Assembly (NCBI GenBank): GCA_963705255.1
Contig: OY970061.1
Coordinates: 2,464,001 to 2,528,000, forward strand
Direction: 5' to 3'
DNA from: an uncultured Methanoregulaceae archaeon
GTDB lineage: Archaea > Halobacteriota > Methanomicrobia > Methanomicrobiales > Methanospirillaceae
DNA length: 64,000 bases
The position numbers were made by a program, and so were the translations under genes. Below the pieces are notes generated by a model. It was not told where the DNA came from. It saw nothing but the letters and a program-made list of their open reading frames with translations, and made no database searches. This document shows, one piece after another, positions 8,657 through 18,107 of this stretch. The number at the start of each line of letters is the position of its first letter. Positions within the stretch are counted from its first letter, which is position 1.

Positions 8657-9154
8657 TCAGATCTCAACGATCTCGGCAGATCTCTTCGTGGTATCGACCA
8701 GCGCGACCGTACTCCTGCCAGTCAGGTGCCCGTACACCTCCCCGGGGTTGACAATCAGCAGGGAGACCTGTTCCCTGACCTCCGGGCGGTGGGTGTGGCC
8801 GTACACGAGCAGATCAAGGGAGGTGCACCCCTCAAGCGTCTCCAGTAGCTCCCGGTCATTGCCGTGCACGAGCGCGATCCTCATCCCGCCTGCATCGATC
8901 CGGGCGAACGTCCCCGCTATCCTCAGGTGCGGGTATGCGGAGGATTTCTTCTCCAGCAGGGAGCGGTCGCCGTCGTTGTTGCCGAACACGGCAGTAATGG
9001 GGGCCGACAGTTCTTTCAGGGTGTCGAGCATGAACGGGGAGACGAGGTCCCCCGCGTGCAGCACGTGCTCCACGCCCTCTCGGTTGAAGCGCGATACGGC
9101 TTTTTTCGTCTGCACAATATCATCGTGGGTATCGGACATGACTCCAATAAGCAT
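8657..9154 (-). CDS. Metallophosphoesterase, MJ0936/YfcE family
   Basis: SDTHD, HAGD, GNND, HG, YGHTH and NPGE motifs. Confidence 0.9.
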   Translation of the reverse strand: MLIGVMSDTHDDIVQTKKAVSRFNREGVEHVLHAGDLVSPFMLDTLKELSAPITAVFGNNDGDRSLLEKKSSAYPHLRIAGTFARIDAGGMRIALVHGNDRELLETLEGCTSLDLLVYGHTHRPEVREQVSLLIVNPGEVYGHLTGRSTVALVDTTKRSAEIVEI

Positions 9155-9268
9155 ACCGTCCACCACGGTTCCTTCGTCCTTCGGCCTGATAATCATTTCC
9201 GCAAACGGCGTCTTCCTGCCGGCGAAACGCTCATATCCTCCCATACGGAATCTCCTCCCGGTGATCGC

Positions 9269-9616
9269 ATGAAGACGGGATTTGGATGGATAGAGAGCGG
9301 GGGCACCCGGTACGAGCATGACATAGTCATCCATACCGACGGCTCGGTCTCAAAGCGCAGGAAGAAACTTTCGAAACCCCATAAAGGGGAATACGGGCAC
9401 ACGCCGCTCTCGGCCGGAGAACTGGAATTCCTGGAAAAGGAACGCCCCGAGGCAGTCTATATCGGCACCGGCCAGTACGGCGACCTCCCGCTGACCCCGG
9501 ACGCTGTCACGCTGCTCGAAGCCTACGCACCGGTTGTCAGGCCGACCCCGGAGATACTCCGCCTGCTAGAAGAGGAACAGCGGAAGTATGCCGCCGTGCT
9601 GCACGTGACCTGCTGA
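9269..9616 (+). CDS. Mth938-like domain protein
   Basis: FGWIE..G..YEHDIVI, YIGTGQYG and C-terminal LHVTC. Confidence 0.85.
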   Translation: MKTGFGWIESGGTRYEHDIVIHTDGSVSKRRKKLSKPHKGEYGHTPLSAGELEFLEKERPEAVYIGTGQYGDLPLTPDAVTLLEAYAPVVRPTPEILRLLEEEQRKYAAVLHVTC

Positions 9617-9699
9617 GATGGGACTATCCGAATATCCTAATAGTCCCCGCACCCGATTGATGATGAGAGGATCCTGTTCGTGCAGGACAGCATGTCAGC

Positions 9700-10539
9700 A
9701 TGGTGAAAGTCGGAGTCCATGTCTCGATTGCCGGGTCGCTCGACCTCGCGGTAGACCGGGCACAGGATGCAGGGTGCGACGTCTTCCAGATGTTCTCCCG
9801 CAACCCGCGGGGGTGGGGGTACCAGCCGCTTGCCGACGAGGTATGCGATGAGTTCAGGACAAAGATCCGGACGACCGGCATCGTCCCGGTCGACCATATG
9901 CCCTACCTCCCCAACCTTGCATCCCCCAAGGAGGACATCTGGGAAAAATCGGTGGCCGCCCTCACCGCTGAGCTCGGCCGTTGCGGCAGGCTGGGCATCC
10001 CCTACCTGGTGACACACCTCGGCCACCACCTGGGGGACGGTATGACCGGGGGGAGGGCGCGGGTTATCAGGGCTATCAATACCGCTCTGGGGGTATCGAA
10101 TGATGATGTCATGCTCCTCCTCGAGAATACTCCCGGCGAGAAGAACAGCGTGGGCAGCAGTTTCGAACACATCCGCGGGATCATGGATGGCATTCAAAAA
10201 AAAGGCAGGCTCGGGATATGTTTCGATACCTGTCACGCGTTCGGGGCGGGGTACGAGCTCAGGACAGAAGAGGGGCTCCGGGAGACGCTTGCCCGGTTCG
10301 ACGAACAGGTGGGACTGAAAAATCTCCGGGTTGTCCACCTCAATGACAGCAAGGGCGACCGCGGGAGCGGGCTCGACCGTCACGAACACATCGGCATGGG
10401 GTTCATCGGTGAGGACGGGTTCCGGCGCATCCTGCATAACCCGGTCTTTTCTTCGCTCCCGCTGGTCTGCGAGACTCCCGTGGACGAGCGGCGGGACGAC
10501 CGCGGCAACATTGCGAAGGTCCGGGAACTCGCGCAGTAA
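9700..10539 (+). CDS. nfo: Endonuclease IV
   Basis: GVHVSIAG, HMPYLPNLAS, LLENT, CFDTCH, HLNDSK and DRHEHIG motifs. Confidence 0.95.
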   Translation: MVKVGVHVSIAGSLDLAVDRAQDAGCDVFQMFSRNPRGWGYQPLADEVCDEFRTKIRTTGIVPVDHMPYLPNLASPKEDIWEKSVAALTAELGRCGRLGIPYLVTHLGHHLGDGMTGGRARVIRAINTALGVSNDDVMLLLENTPGEKNSVGSSFEHIRGIMDGIQKKGRLGICFDTCHAFGAGYELRTEEGLRETLARFDEQVGLKNLRVVHLNDSKGDRGSGLDRHEHIGMGFIGEDGFRRILHNPVFSSLPLVCETPVDERRDDRGNIAKVRELAQ

Positions 10540-10542
10540 CGG

Positions 10543-10746
10543 TCAGTACCTGCGGAGCGTTTCCCCGGTGTGCACGTCCGCAGCCTGCTCATAGTATTCC
10601 GGGAGCAGTGCCCGCTCCTCGACGACGCCGACCGCCTCTTCGATCTTCCTGGTAAGGTCGATGCAGTCTTCCCCGTGGCCTCCCCTGACAGCAACCCGGA
10701 CCCTTCCTTCCCGGTCAATCGTGATATCCAGTTCTTTCATATCCAT
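10543..10746 (-). CDS. DUF2997-family small protein
   Basis: ELDITIDREGRVRVAVRGGHGEDCIDLTRKIEEAVG....PEYY; last gene of the operon. Confidence 0.8.
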   Translation of the reverse strand: MDMKELDITIDREGRVRVAVRGGHGEDCIDLTRKIEEAVGVVEERALLPEYYEQAADVHTGETLRRY

Positions 10747-10765
10747 GAATTCTTCTCCTGTTCCT

Positions 10766-12400
10766 TCATGTCAGCCGGTACACCGGCTCATTCGTCTTTA
10801 CCATCGTTCCCGTCATGAGGTCCCGTGCGGTGACGCAGAGGTTCCGGTCGGCATCGAGGGTGAACGTGCATTCAAACCGTGGCTCTCCCTTCTTCGCGGG
10901 CGGTGCCGCCTCAAGGAGCGTCAGGTCTTTCCCGTTCACCGGGACCGGTTCCCGGCTGTCACCCGGTTCAGGAGCGGGCCCGGCAAGCCTCATTCGCCCG
11001 CCCGTATCGGAGACCAGTTCGATGCCTGCCGAATGGTCATCCGGGGACCCACTGCTCTCGCAGAGCGGGATGCCAAGGTACGCCTGCCCGTCGTACGCCG
11101 CGCTGATGACGATGCGGGCGACCTGTCCGGCGCTGGGATACCGGGTCCCGCTGCGCACGAGGAAGCGGTACCGGTGCTCCCGGCTCTCCGGGTCCCAGTA
11201 GCGGAGCGTGTAATCGTTCCGGATCCGGTCCTTGGCCCGGACGGGAGAGCGGTAGAGTGCTGCGCCGTGTGCCACGGCATCGAGCGGGCGATCGCAGTGG
11301 ACCGGAATGGACGGGAACCGGCGTTTCACTATCTCCTGCACGGGCGGCATGGCGCACCCCTCACCGCTCATGACCACGGCGACAACCGGCATCTCCTCAT
11401 GCCCGCTTGTGCGAAGGGACGAACTGATGCGCCCGAATACCCGGTCCACGGCTGCCGCCAGCCCCTGGTCATAAAGGATGCGCCGGAGATCAGCCTGCCC
11501 CATCCGGGCGCGGAAGGCAGACCCGGATACCGGGTCGGTAAGGTCAAGTTGAACCTCATCCATAACCGGAAGAAGCTCCCGTACCCGTTTTGCTTCCCGG
11601 AGAAGGTCGGGGTACAGCCGGACTGCCCGGGGGTCGGTCTCTGCCAGCCGCTGGTGCCGGAGCAGGTCACGCACTATCCAGCCGTCGACAGCAGCACACC
11701 CGGCAGGCTCCCCGGAATATGCGAGGGTGCGCACGCCCCCATGTTCCACCCCGGTACCCTCGTGAGCGGGGGTGACGGCTGCACCTGCAAGGTCCGTCCC
11801 GTCCATCCGGACCACCATGACGACCTCCCCGTCGTCTGCGGATACCCCGTACGCGGTGATCGCAGCCTGGTATTCGCCGACAAATGAGCATGAGCCGAAT
11901 CCTGCCATCCGGGCGACCCGGCCAAGCCACTCCGGATAATCCACAGGAGCATCGGGAGGAAGGGAAAAAACAATTCCGGTTTCCCCATCCCGGTCCCTGG
12001 CAGCATGCGCACCCAACAGGACCCGGGAGAGAAAATCGGTTGCGGCTTCGCTATACCCGGTCCTGCGGACCCCTCCCGCCGGGATACGGACCGTGCTCTT
12101 CTCGCACAGGTATTTCCTCATCCACCGGGCCGTGGCAGGATGATTTTCGCACCGCTGCCGGACGACTTCTTCTCCGGCAAGGACCTGCCCGTCATCCTTG
12201 TAGTGGACCAGCGACGGCACATAAAAGAGCCCCTCAACACCCCTCCCTGCAGGAAATTCTGTGGACAGACCATTGAACCCGAGGGTGCGGGCCTGGCCGG
12301 ATTCCGCCATGAGAGCAAGGACCGTGCTGCTCACCCCGAAGTCCACCCCGAGCCGCATTCTTTCGTGTGTCTGATTTCCTGACCGGTCCATCGTCTTCAC
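10766..12400 (-). CDS. Atypical Hsp70-family protein with degenerate nucleotide-binding motifs and no lid
   Basis: LGVDFGVSST, VPSLV, AVAHGAA and SBD-like FECTFTLDADRNLCVTARD. GTGA overlap with the upstream gene. Confidence 0.8.
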   Translation of the reverse strand: MKTMDRSGNQTHERMRLGVDFGVSSTVLALMAESGQARTLGFNGLSTEFPAGRGVEGLFYVPSLVHYKDDGQVLAGEEVVRQRCENHPATARWMRKYLCEKSTVRIPAGGVRRTGYSEAATDFLSRVLLGAHAARDRDGETGIVFSLPPDAPVDYPEWLGRVARMAGFGSCSFVGEYQAAITAYGVSADDGEVVMVVRMDGTDLAGAAVTPAHEGTGVEHGGVRTLAYSGEPAGCAAVDGWIVRDLLRHQRLAETDPRAVRLYPDLLREAKRVRELLPVMDEVQLDLTDPVSGSAFRARMGQADLRRILYDQGLAAAVDRVFGRISSSLRTSGHEEMPVVAVVMSGEGCAMPPVQEIVKRRFPSIPVHCDRPLDAVAHGAALYRSPVRAKDRIRNDYTLRYWDPESREHRYRFLVRSGTRYPSAGQVARIVISAAYDGQAYLGIPLCESSGSPDDHSAGIELVSDTGGRMRLAGPAPEPGDSREPVPVNGKDLTLLEAAPPAKKGEPRFECTFTLDADRNLCVTARDLMTGTMVKTNEPVYRLT

Positions 12401-15205
12401 CCGCAGATCTGGATATCGTACGCCCCGGGGACCTGCCGGCAGTCGCAGAGTTCGATCTCGGACCGGAAGCGGTACCAGAGCATCCGGTCAAGGAACATCC
12501 AGGAGCCTGCATCGCTCTTTCGTCCGGCCGCCGCTGCCTGTTGCCGGACCGCCGGGATATCCTCAAGAGTCGTCTCGGACAGGGGCCTTGTCCAGGGAAG
12601 CGTCCAGGACCGTACCATCCCGTCAAGCCCGCCGGTTGTCAGCTCCGTCCCGCCCGCGGTCAGCACAATCCCGCTGATGGCTGCGGAATGGGCGGGGACC
12701 GTCCGGATGAGCCGGTTTTCCTGAAGGGAAATGAACGCGAGGGTTCCGGTGTCATAGCCCGCGGCGAGGACCAGCCCGCCCGGAGTAAATAAAAGCGCCG
12801 TCACTTTTCCGGGAAGGGCATTCAGTATTCCGTCAGGAGTGCCATCCGGTAGCCGGTAGAGACGGACGACCGTATCGGCACCAGCCGCAGCAAGCAGAGA
12901 GTCTGTCAGGGCTGATGGCAAGGGCGCTCACCTCGCTGCGGGAGTCCCTGACGACCGCGTACGGCACCTGCTCGTTCGTTCTCCAGAGCCCGACCGTGGT
13001 GTCATTGCTCCCGGTCGCGAACAGCCGGCCGTCCCGCGAGAGCGCCATGCAGGTGACGATACTCGCATGTCCACGGCGGGTCCTGACCTGACGGCAGTCC
13101 GTAACGCTCCACGTCCTGATCTTCCCGTCCCAACCCCCTGAAATGAGCTCGGACCCGTCTGGCATCCATGAAAGGCAGCGCAGGGTTGTGGAGAGCCTGT
13201 CTGCACCCGCCACGAGGCTGCCGCCGTCCAGGTCCCAGATGCGCAGGGTGGCATCGGTGCCCGCACAGGCAAGGTGGGTACCCCCGGGGCTGACCGCCAC
13301 TGCCCGGATCCCGGGGGTGTACATATCGACCACCCGGGCAGGGTTCAGCTCCCCGTCCGGGTAAACCCGGGCAAAACCGTCTGACATTGCCGCGATGACC
13401 GCAGGACGGTCTGGGGAAGCGGCAAGCGATACGACATCGCCGGCATGGTGTTCGAGTGTCCGCCGGATCTCTCCCGAAGGGAGATGCCAGACTTTGACGG
13501 TCCCGTCCCAGCTCGCAGTCGCAAAACTCGTACCGTCAGGAGAGATTGTACAGCAGGTGACTGCTTTTTTGTGTCCTTTGAACTCCTTCATCAAGGCGGA
13601 GGCGGGCATAGTGTATAGGCGGATGGTGCCGCTCGAATAACCGGTTGCAAGGAGGTTGCCATCCGGGGCCGGGGCACAGCAGGTGATGTGGCGGCTGTAG
13701 AACGGCACCGTAGCAACCGGCACTTTCCCGGACCAGTTCCAGCAGCGGAGGGTATGGTCGCTGCAGCCGGCCGCACACCACGGGCCAGCAGGAGAGACCG
13801 CACTGCACACGACGCTACCGCACTGCCCGGAAAATACCCTCACCTTCGTTCCGGATACCGTGTCCCACAGCGACGGTGGGGCACGATCGTACAGAACCAA
13901 GACCCGGCTGCTGTCATCACTGAAGGTGATTGACCTGACAGCATCACCGGCACCGTTCAGCACGGACAGGCAGGTGCGTGCAGGAAGGTCGAGAAGGGAT
14001 ACGGTGCCATCGGTATGGCCGGCTGCAAGCCTGATTCCGTCCGGGGAAAAGGCGAGACAGGCGATCGGGGACGGGTGGGCCGGGATCGTGCCGGCCATCT
14101 TCCCGCCATCCACGAAGAGAACGTTTACGATCCCTCGGGTATCTCCGGTGATGACCGTCAACCCGTCCCCGGAGAGAACCGCTGCCCCGGCTTCACCGCT
14201 CCCGTTACCGGGCCATGACCAGGTGCGGCGCCCTGCCTGCAGTTCGTGGCAGTGGAGTGCGCCGTCGTCGCTGCCGAAGATTATGCGGGTGTTGTCCGGT
14301 GGTATGGCAAGGAACCGGGCAGACCCGGTACCCGTGCTGATGGTTACCCGGTTTCGTGCAGTGCTGATCTGCCAGACCGAGATGATCCCGTCGCAGCTGC
14401 CGGTGGCGAGCAGCGTGCTGTCCGGGGAGAAGGCCAGGCGCACGACCCTGCTTGCCGGGCGTCCGATACTGCGGGTCAGCAGCCCTGCTGCAGGTACAGG
14501 ATAACTCCACTCACTGGGGAGGACTGCCAGAATGTCTGAAAAGACATTCCCGGCGTCCCCGGGGGGTGTCCATCCGGAAGATTTGATCGCGGCGATGGCA
14601 GTGATTGTCAGTTTCGGGGGTGCAAACGGGGCGAGCTGCCAGAGGTCCGCCCACCGTCTGTCCTGGATGAGCCCGCTCACGACGACCTCCCACTCGACAG
14701 GTGACCATCCCCCGGCAGACCTGGTGACCGGGTCCCCGACAAGTGCGGCGGCAAGAAGGTTGCACGTCCTGCTATCACGTGCGCGGCGCAGGGCATTCCT
14801 CCGGGCCGCAGGGTCTGCCCGGGCATACCCTCCAGCCAGCAGCGGGCAACCGGCAGCCGTGTCTGTCCCGGACAAGCGCTCCTTCTGCCCGGTCACAAAA
14901 GAGAAGAGTGCCTGATCGGCAGGATCGTGGGGGGTGTACCCGCGTACTATTACGAGGTTCACCAGCTCAGGAATGCCATTCCTGAGAACTTCGCGGCAGA
15001 TCAGGTCTTCCTGTTCCCGGGACACGAGAGAACCGAGGCCGTCGATGACAGCGGCGCGGAGGTCCGGCGAGTCCGTTGCGGTGAATAACGATAAAAGTTC
15101 CTTCACTGCCAGGATATCTCCCCTTTTTACTGCATTTGTATACTTCCTGGCTGCCCGGCTGCAGAGCCAGGAGTTGATGAGAGGGACGCGGCAGGGACCG
15201 TCCAT
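12397..15205 (-). CDS. Large WD40 protein (helical N-terminus plus about 15 WD repeats), split by a 1-nt insertion at about 12904
   Basis: Repeated (F/I)SPDG.LLA.GS.DGT..(V/L)W units. Removing one base joins ...ISPD to DSLLAAAGADT..., giving about 935 aa. Confidence 0.85.
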
Positions 15206-15210
15206 GGTGT

Positions 15211-16770
15211 TCAGGTGTGGACCGGGTCGAAGGTCTCGAGGGCAATCGACCGTCCTGCGTCTGCGCAGGACCGGGCCGGCCGGGAGGCGGAGACCGCCCG
15301 GCCCTCTGCGAGGTACTCACGCAGTGCGGCCACCGTCTCGCGCTGTGAGATCGAGAGCGGCACCTGCTTTTTCAGGCACCCGAGGATGTCTTCGGTAGTG
15401 ACCCGTCGCAATCCCTCGTTGAACGCGAGGTACATGGCATCGATGACGGTCTGCTCAATCTCGGCGCCAACGCACCCCTCGCCCTCTTTTGCAAGAAGGT
15501 CGAGGTCGTATTCTGCGGGGAGGCACTTGCGTTTCCGCAAATGGACCGAGAAGATCTCCCGCCGTTCCTCGACCGTGGGCAGGTCGAGGAAGAAGATCTC
15601 GTCGAACCGTCCTTTCCGCAGCAGTTCCGGGGGAAGGGCCGCGATGTTGTTTGCCGTCGCCACCACAAAACAGGGGGAGGTCTTGTCTTGCATCCAGGTC
15701 AGCAGGTGGGCAAACACGCGCTGGCTGGTGCCCGCGTCCCCGCTTCCGAACGCAAACGCCTTCTCTATCTCGTCCACCCAGAGGATGCAGGGGGCGATGG
15801 TCTCGGCAAGGGACAGGGCCCGCCGGGTGCGCTCTTCTGATTCTCCGACAAGGCTGCCGAAGAGGGCCCCCACGTCAAGCCTCAGGAGCGGGAGGTGCCA
15901 GAGGTCGGCGATCATCTTTGCGGTCAGGCTCTTCCCGGTGCCGGGAATACCGATGAGGGCGATCCCCTTGGGGGCAGGCAGGCCGTACTCCCGTGCTTCT
16001 TCCGTGAAGGCCCGTTCCCGGAGGCGGAGCCATTCCTTAAGTACCGAAAGGCCCCCGACATTCTCCGGGATCTCAGTCAGGCTGTAGAACTCCAGGGCAT
16101 CCGAACGGCTCAGGACATCTTTCTTGTCAGCTATGACCGCGTCGATGTCCCGGTCGTCGAGAGTGCCGTGCGTGACGATCGCTTTTGAGAACGAGCGGCG
16201 CGCCTGGTTGAGGGTCATGCCGAGTGCGGCCTGGATGATCTTCTCCCGCCCGCCCTTCGAGAGCGAACTTGCAATCCCGCTCGTGACAAGGAGCATGTCC
16301 AGCTCGTTCCCGAGCTCGGCAGCAGCGGGCGGCGGGAAATGGATGACCACTGCATCGTCCCGGATCTCGTCGGGTATTTTATGGACCGGCGTGATGATCA
16401 CGATGGTCCGCCGGTTGTACCGGAACTTCTGGGAGAGGTTGCGGACCCTGCGCTTCACCTGCGGGTTGTTCCAGAACTCGTGGAAGTCCTTGAGTATGAT
16501 CACCGCGTTCTCGTCGGTCTTGGTGATGTCCTCCAGTGCCGCTAGGGGGTCGCGGGACTGGGTGAGGAAATTCCTGTTGCCCGAAATGACCGCAAAGCCG
16601 TCGGCGCTGTCCCAGGTGATGCACTGCCGCGCGGGTTCCCATGTGTCGCAGACCTCCCGGATGCGCGAGACGACCCGCTCTTCCTCCGGGCTCATGACCA
16701 CCACGAGCGTGACCCGTGCCCGGAGCGAGACGTTCAGCCGCTGGGAAAAGTCCGGTTCGGGCTGCTGCAT
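15211..16770 (-). CDS. Ycf46-like AAA+ ATPase (degenerate N-terminal plus active C-terminal AAA module)
   Basis: VGGLSVLKEWL, Walker A GIPGTGKS, Walker B ILWVDEIEK and SRH ATANN...PPELLRKGRFDEIFF. Confidence 0.9.
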   Translation of the reverse strand: MQQPEPDFSQRLNVSLRARVTLVVVMSPEEERVVSRIREVCDTWEPARQCITWDSADGFAVISGNRNFLTQSRDPLAALEDITKTDENAVIILKDFHEFWNNPQVKRRVRNLSQKFRYNRRTIVIITPVHKIPDEIRDDAVVIHFPPPAAAELGNELDMLLVTSGIASSLSKGGREKIIQAALGMTLNQARRSFSKAIVTHGTLDDRDIDAVIADKKDVLSRSDALEFYSLTEIPENVGGLSVLKEWLRLRERAFTEEAREYGLPAPKGIALIGIPGTGKSLTAKMIADLWHLPLLRLDVGALFGSLVGESEERTRRALSLAETIAPCILWVDEIEKAFAFGSGDAGTSQRVFAHLLTWMQDKTSPCFVVATANNIAALPPELLRKGRFDEIFFLDLPTVEERREIFSVHLRKRKCLPAEYDLDLLAKEGEGCVGAEIEQTVIDAMYLAFNEGLRRVTTEDILGCLKKQVPLSISQRETVAALREYLAEGRAVSASRPARSCADAGRSIALETFDPVHT

Positions 16771-16771
16771 C

Positions 16772-17170
16772 CTAGTCCCATCTCCTCATGACGATCCTGA
16801 TAGTCCCGTCCGTCTCGCTGGTCTGGGAGACCAGCTCGAAACCGTCCGCCAGGGCCTGCGAAAGGACCATACTCCGCGCATATTCCTTTTGGATGGCCCC
16901 GGCCTGATCCTTCAGCTGCTGCGCTATCTTCCGTTCGCCGGCTCCGGTAACCCCCCACCAGTCCGCGACCATGTCGTAGGTCCCGTCGCCGTTCCGGACA
17001 AACCCGATGCCGTACCCCTTGGTCTGGGTGACGGCGATATCCACCGTGTGTTCCCCGTGGTGTCCCCGGATAGTAATATCGGTCTCCACTTCATACCCGA
17101 GGTTTTTCAGGCAGGCGATGAGCGCCTCCCGGTGCCGGAACAGTGTCTTTACGCGGCTGTAATGCGACAT
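16772..17170 (-). CDS. DUF1257/Ycf35-family protein
   Basis: MSHYSRVKT, L..LGY, IGF...DGTYDMVADWW and QKEYA...GF motifs. Confidence 0.85.
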   Translation of the reverse strand: MSHYSRVKTLFRHREALIACLKNLGYEVETDITIRGHHGEHTVDIAVTQTKGYGIGFVRNGDGTYDMVADWWGVTGAGERKIAQQLKDQAGAIQKEYARSMVLSQALADGFELVSQTSETDGTIRIVMRRWD

Positions 17171-17174
17171 GGTC

Positions 17175-17816
17175 TTACCCTCTCCTGCAGCGTGCTGCCA
17201 CCCGTCGGGTGACGTGCGGTCCCGGGAAGCCGGTCACCGTGATGCTGCCGTCCGGCAGAATGGTATACTCTGCCTGCCTGCAGGGAGTCCCAGGCACAGC
17301 GGTACTGGAAGCAAGGTTCCCGTTCAGCGCGATGGCGCACTGGTTGCCCGACCCCGTAAAAGGGTGGACTGATGCGCATGAAGGGATATAGGGCCCGGCT
17401 ATCAGGAGGTCGGTCATCATCAGGAGGCGGAGGTACGATGGCCGGCCATCCCGCAGGATACGGTCGTGCGTGTACCCCGTGAAGGTAACGATACTCAGTC
17501 CTTCGCGTTTCAGGCTGCGCCCAAGATCTGCAAGCGCGGCTGCCTGTGCAAACGGCTCACCACCGGAGAATGTGACACCGTCAATATCATCAAGGGCGAA
17601 GATCTGCTCTGCAAGCTCATCGACAGCAACTAGGTAGGCGGGAGAAAAAGACCATGACTGCGGGTTGAAGCACCCCCTGCACCGGATCGGGCAGCCCTGC
17701 ACCCAGACGACTGCCCGGAGGCCCGGGCCGTTCACTTCCGAGCGGGCGAGAAAACCCGCGAGGTTGAGAACGCTCTTAAGTCGGCATCCGGGATCGCTGT
17801 TTTCATGCACCATCAT
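17175..17816 (-). CDS. NrdG/activase-like radical SAM (4Fe-4S) protein
   Basis: NGPGLRAVVWVQGCPIRCRGCFNP (CxxxCxxC), GVTFSGGEPF and DLLIAGPY. Confidence 0.9.
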   Translation of the reverse strand: MMVHENSDPGCRLKSVLNLAGFLARSEVNGPGLRAVVWVQGCPIRCRGCFNPQSWSFSPAYLVAVDELAEQIFALDDIDGVTFSGGEPFAQAAALADLGRSLKREGLSIVTFTGYTHDRILRDGRPSYLRLLMMTDLLIAGPYIPSCASVHPFTGSGNQCAIALNGNLASSTAVPGTPCRQAEYTILPDGSITVTGFPGPHVTRRVAARCRRG

Positions 17817-18107
17817 TTTTCCGCCATGATGTATTGGCCGGTCAAAATGTTCCGGTGTGGGGGATCGATGTATCTTATAGTATTACCCAATCATCCCGGA
17901 ATGAAGATCACCCTCGGGGACGTGCAATATCAGCATACTTATGAGATACGATCTGACTATACAGGTTCGGTTTTCACCTTTTTATAGCCATTGTCCCCGC
18001 TGTTTGTAATTCATAAGGATTTCGCCCGGGCCGGTCCCGGGCGCGCGGCGTCCCCCTGTTCTGCCTGCCCACGCCATTATCATCCTCAAGAAATAATAGA
18101 TCAGGCA

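Noticed and set aside
12890-12910. Programmed frameshift in the WD40 gene
   Set aside because: No slippery heptamer, and it has the same 1-nt insertion signature as housekeeping genes in this window.
10661-17212. Long plus-strand ORFs (10661..11887, 15215..16087, 16124..17212 and others)
   Set aside because: Antisense shadows of high-GC genes that carry clear motifs on the minus strand.
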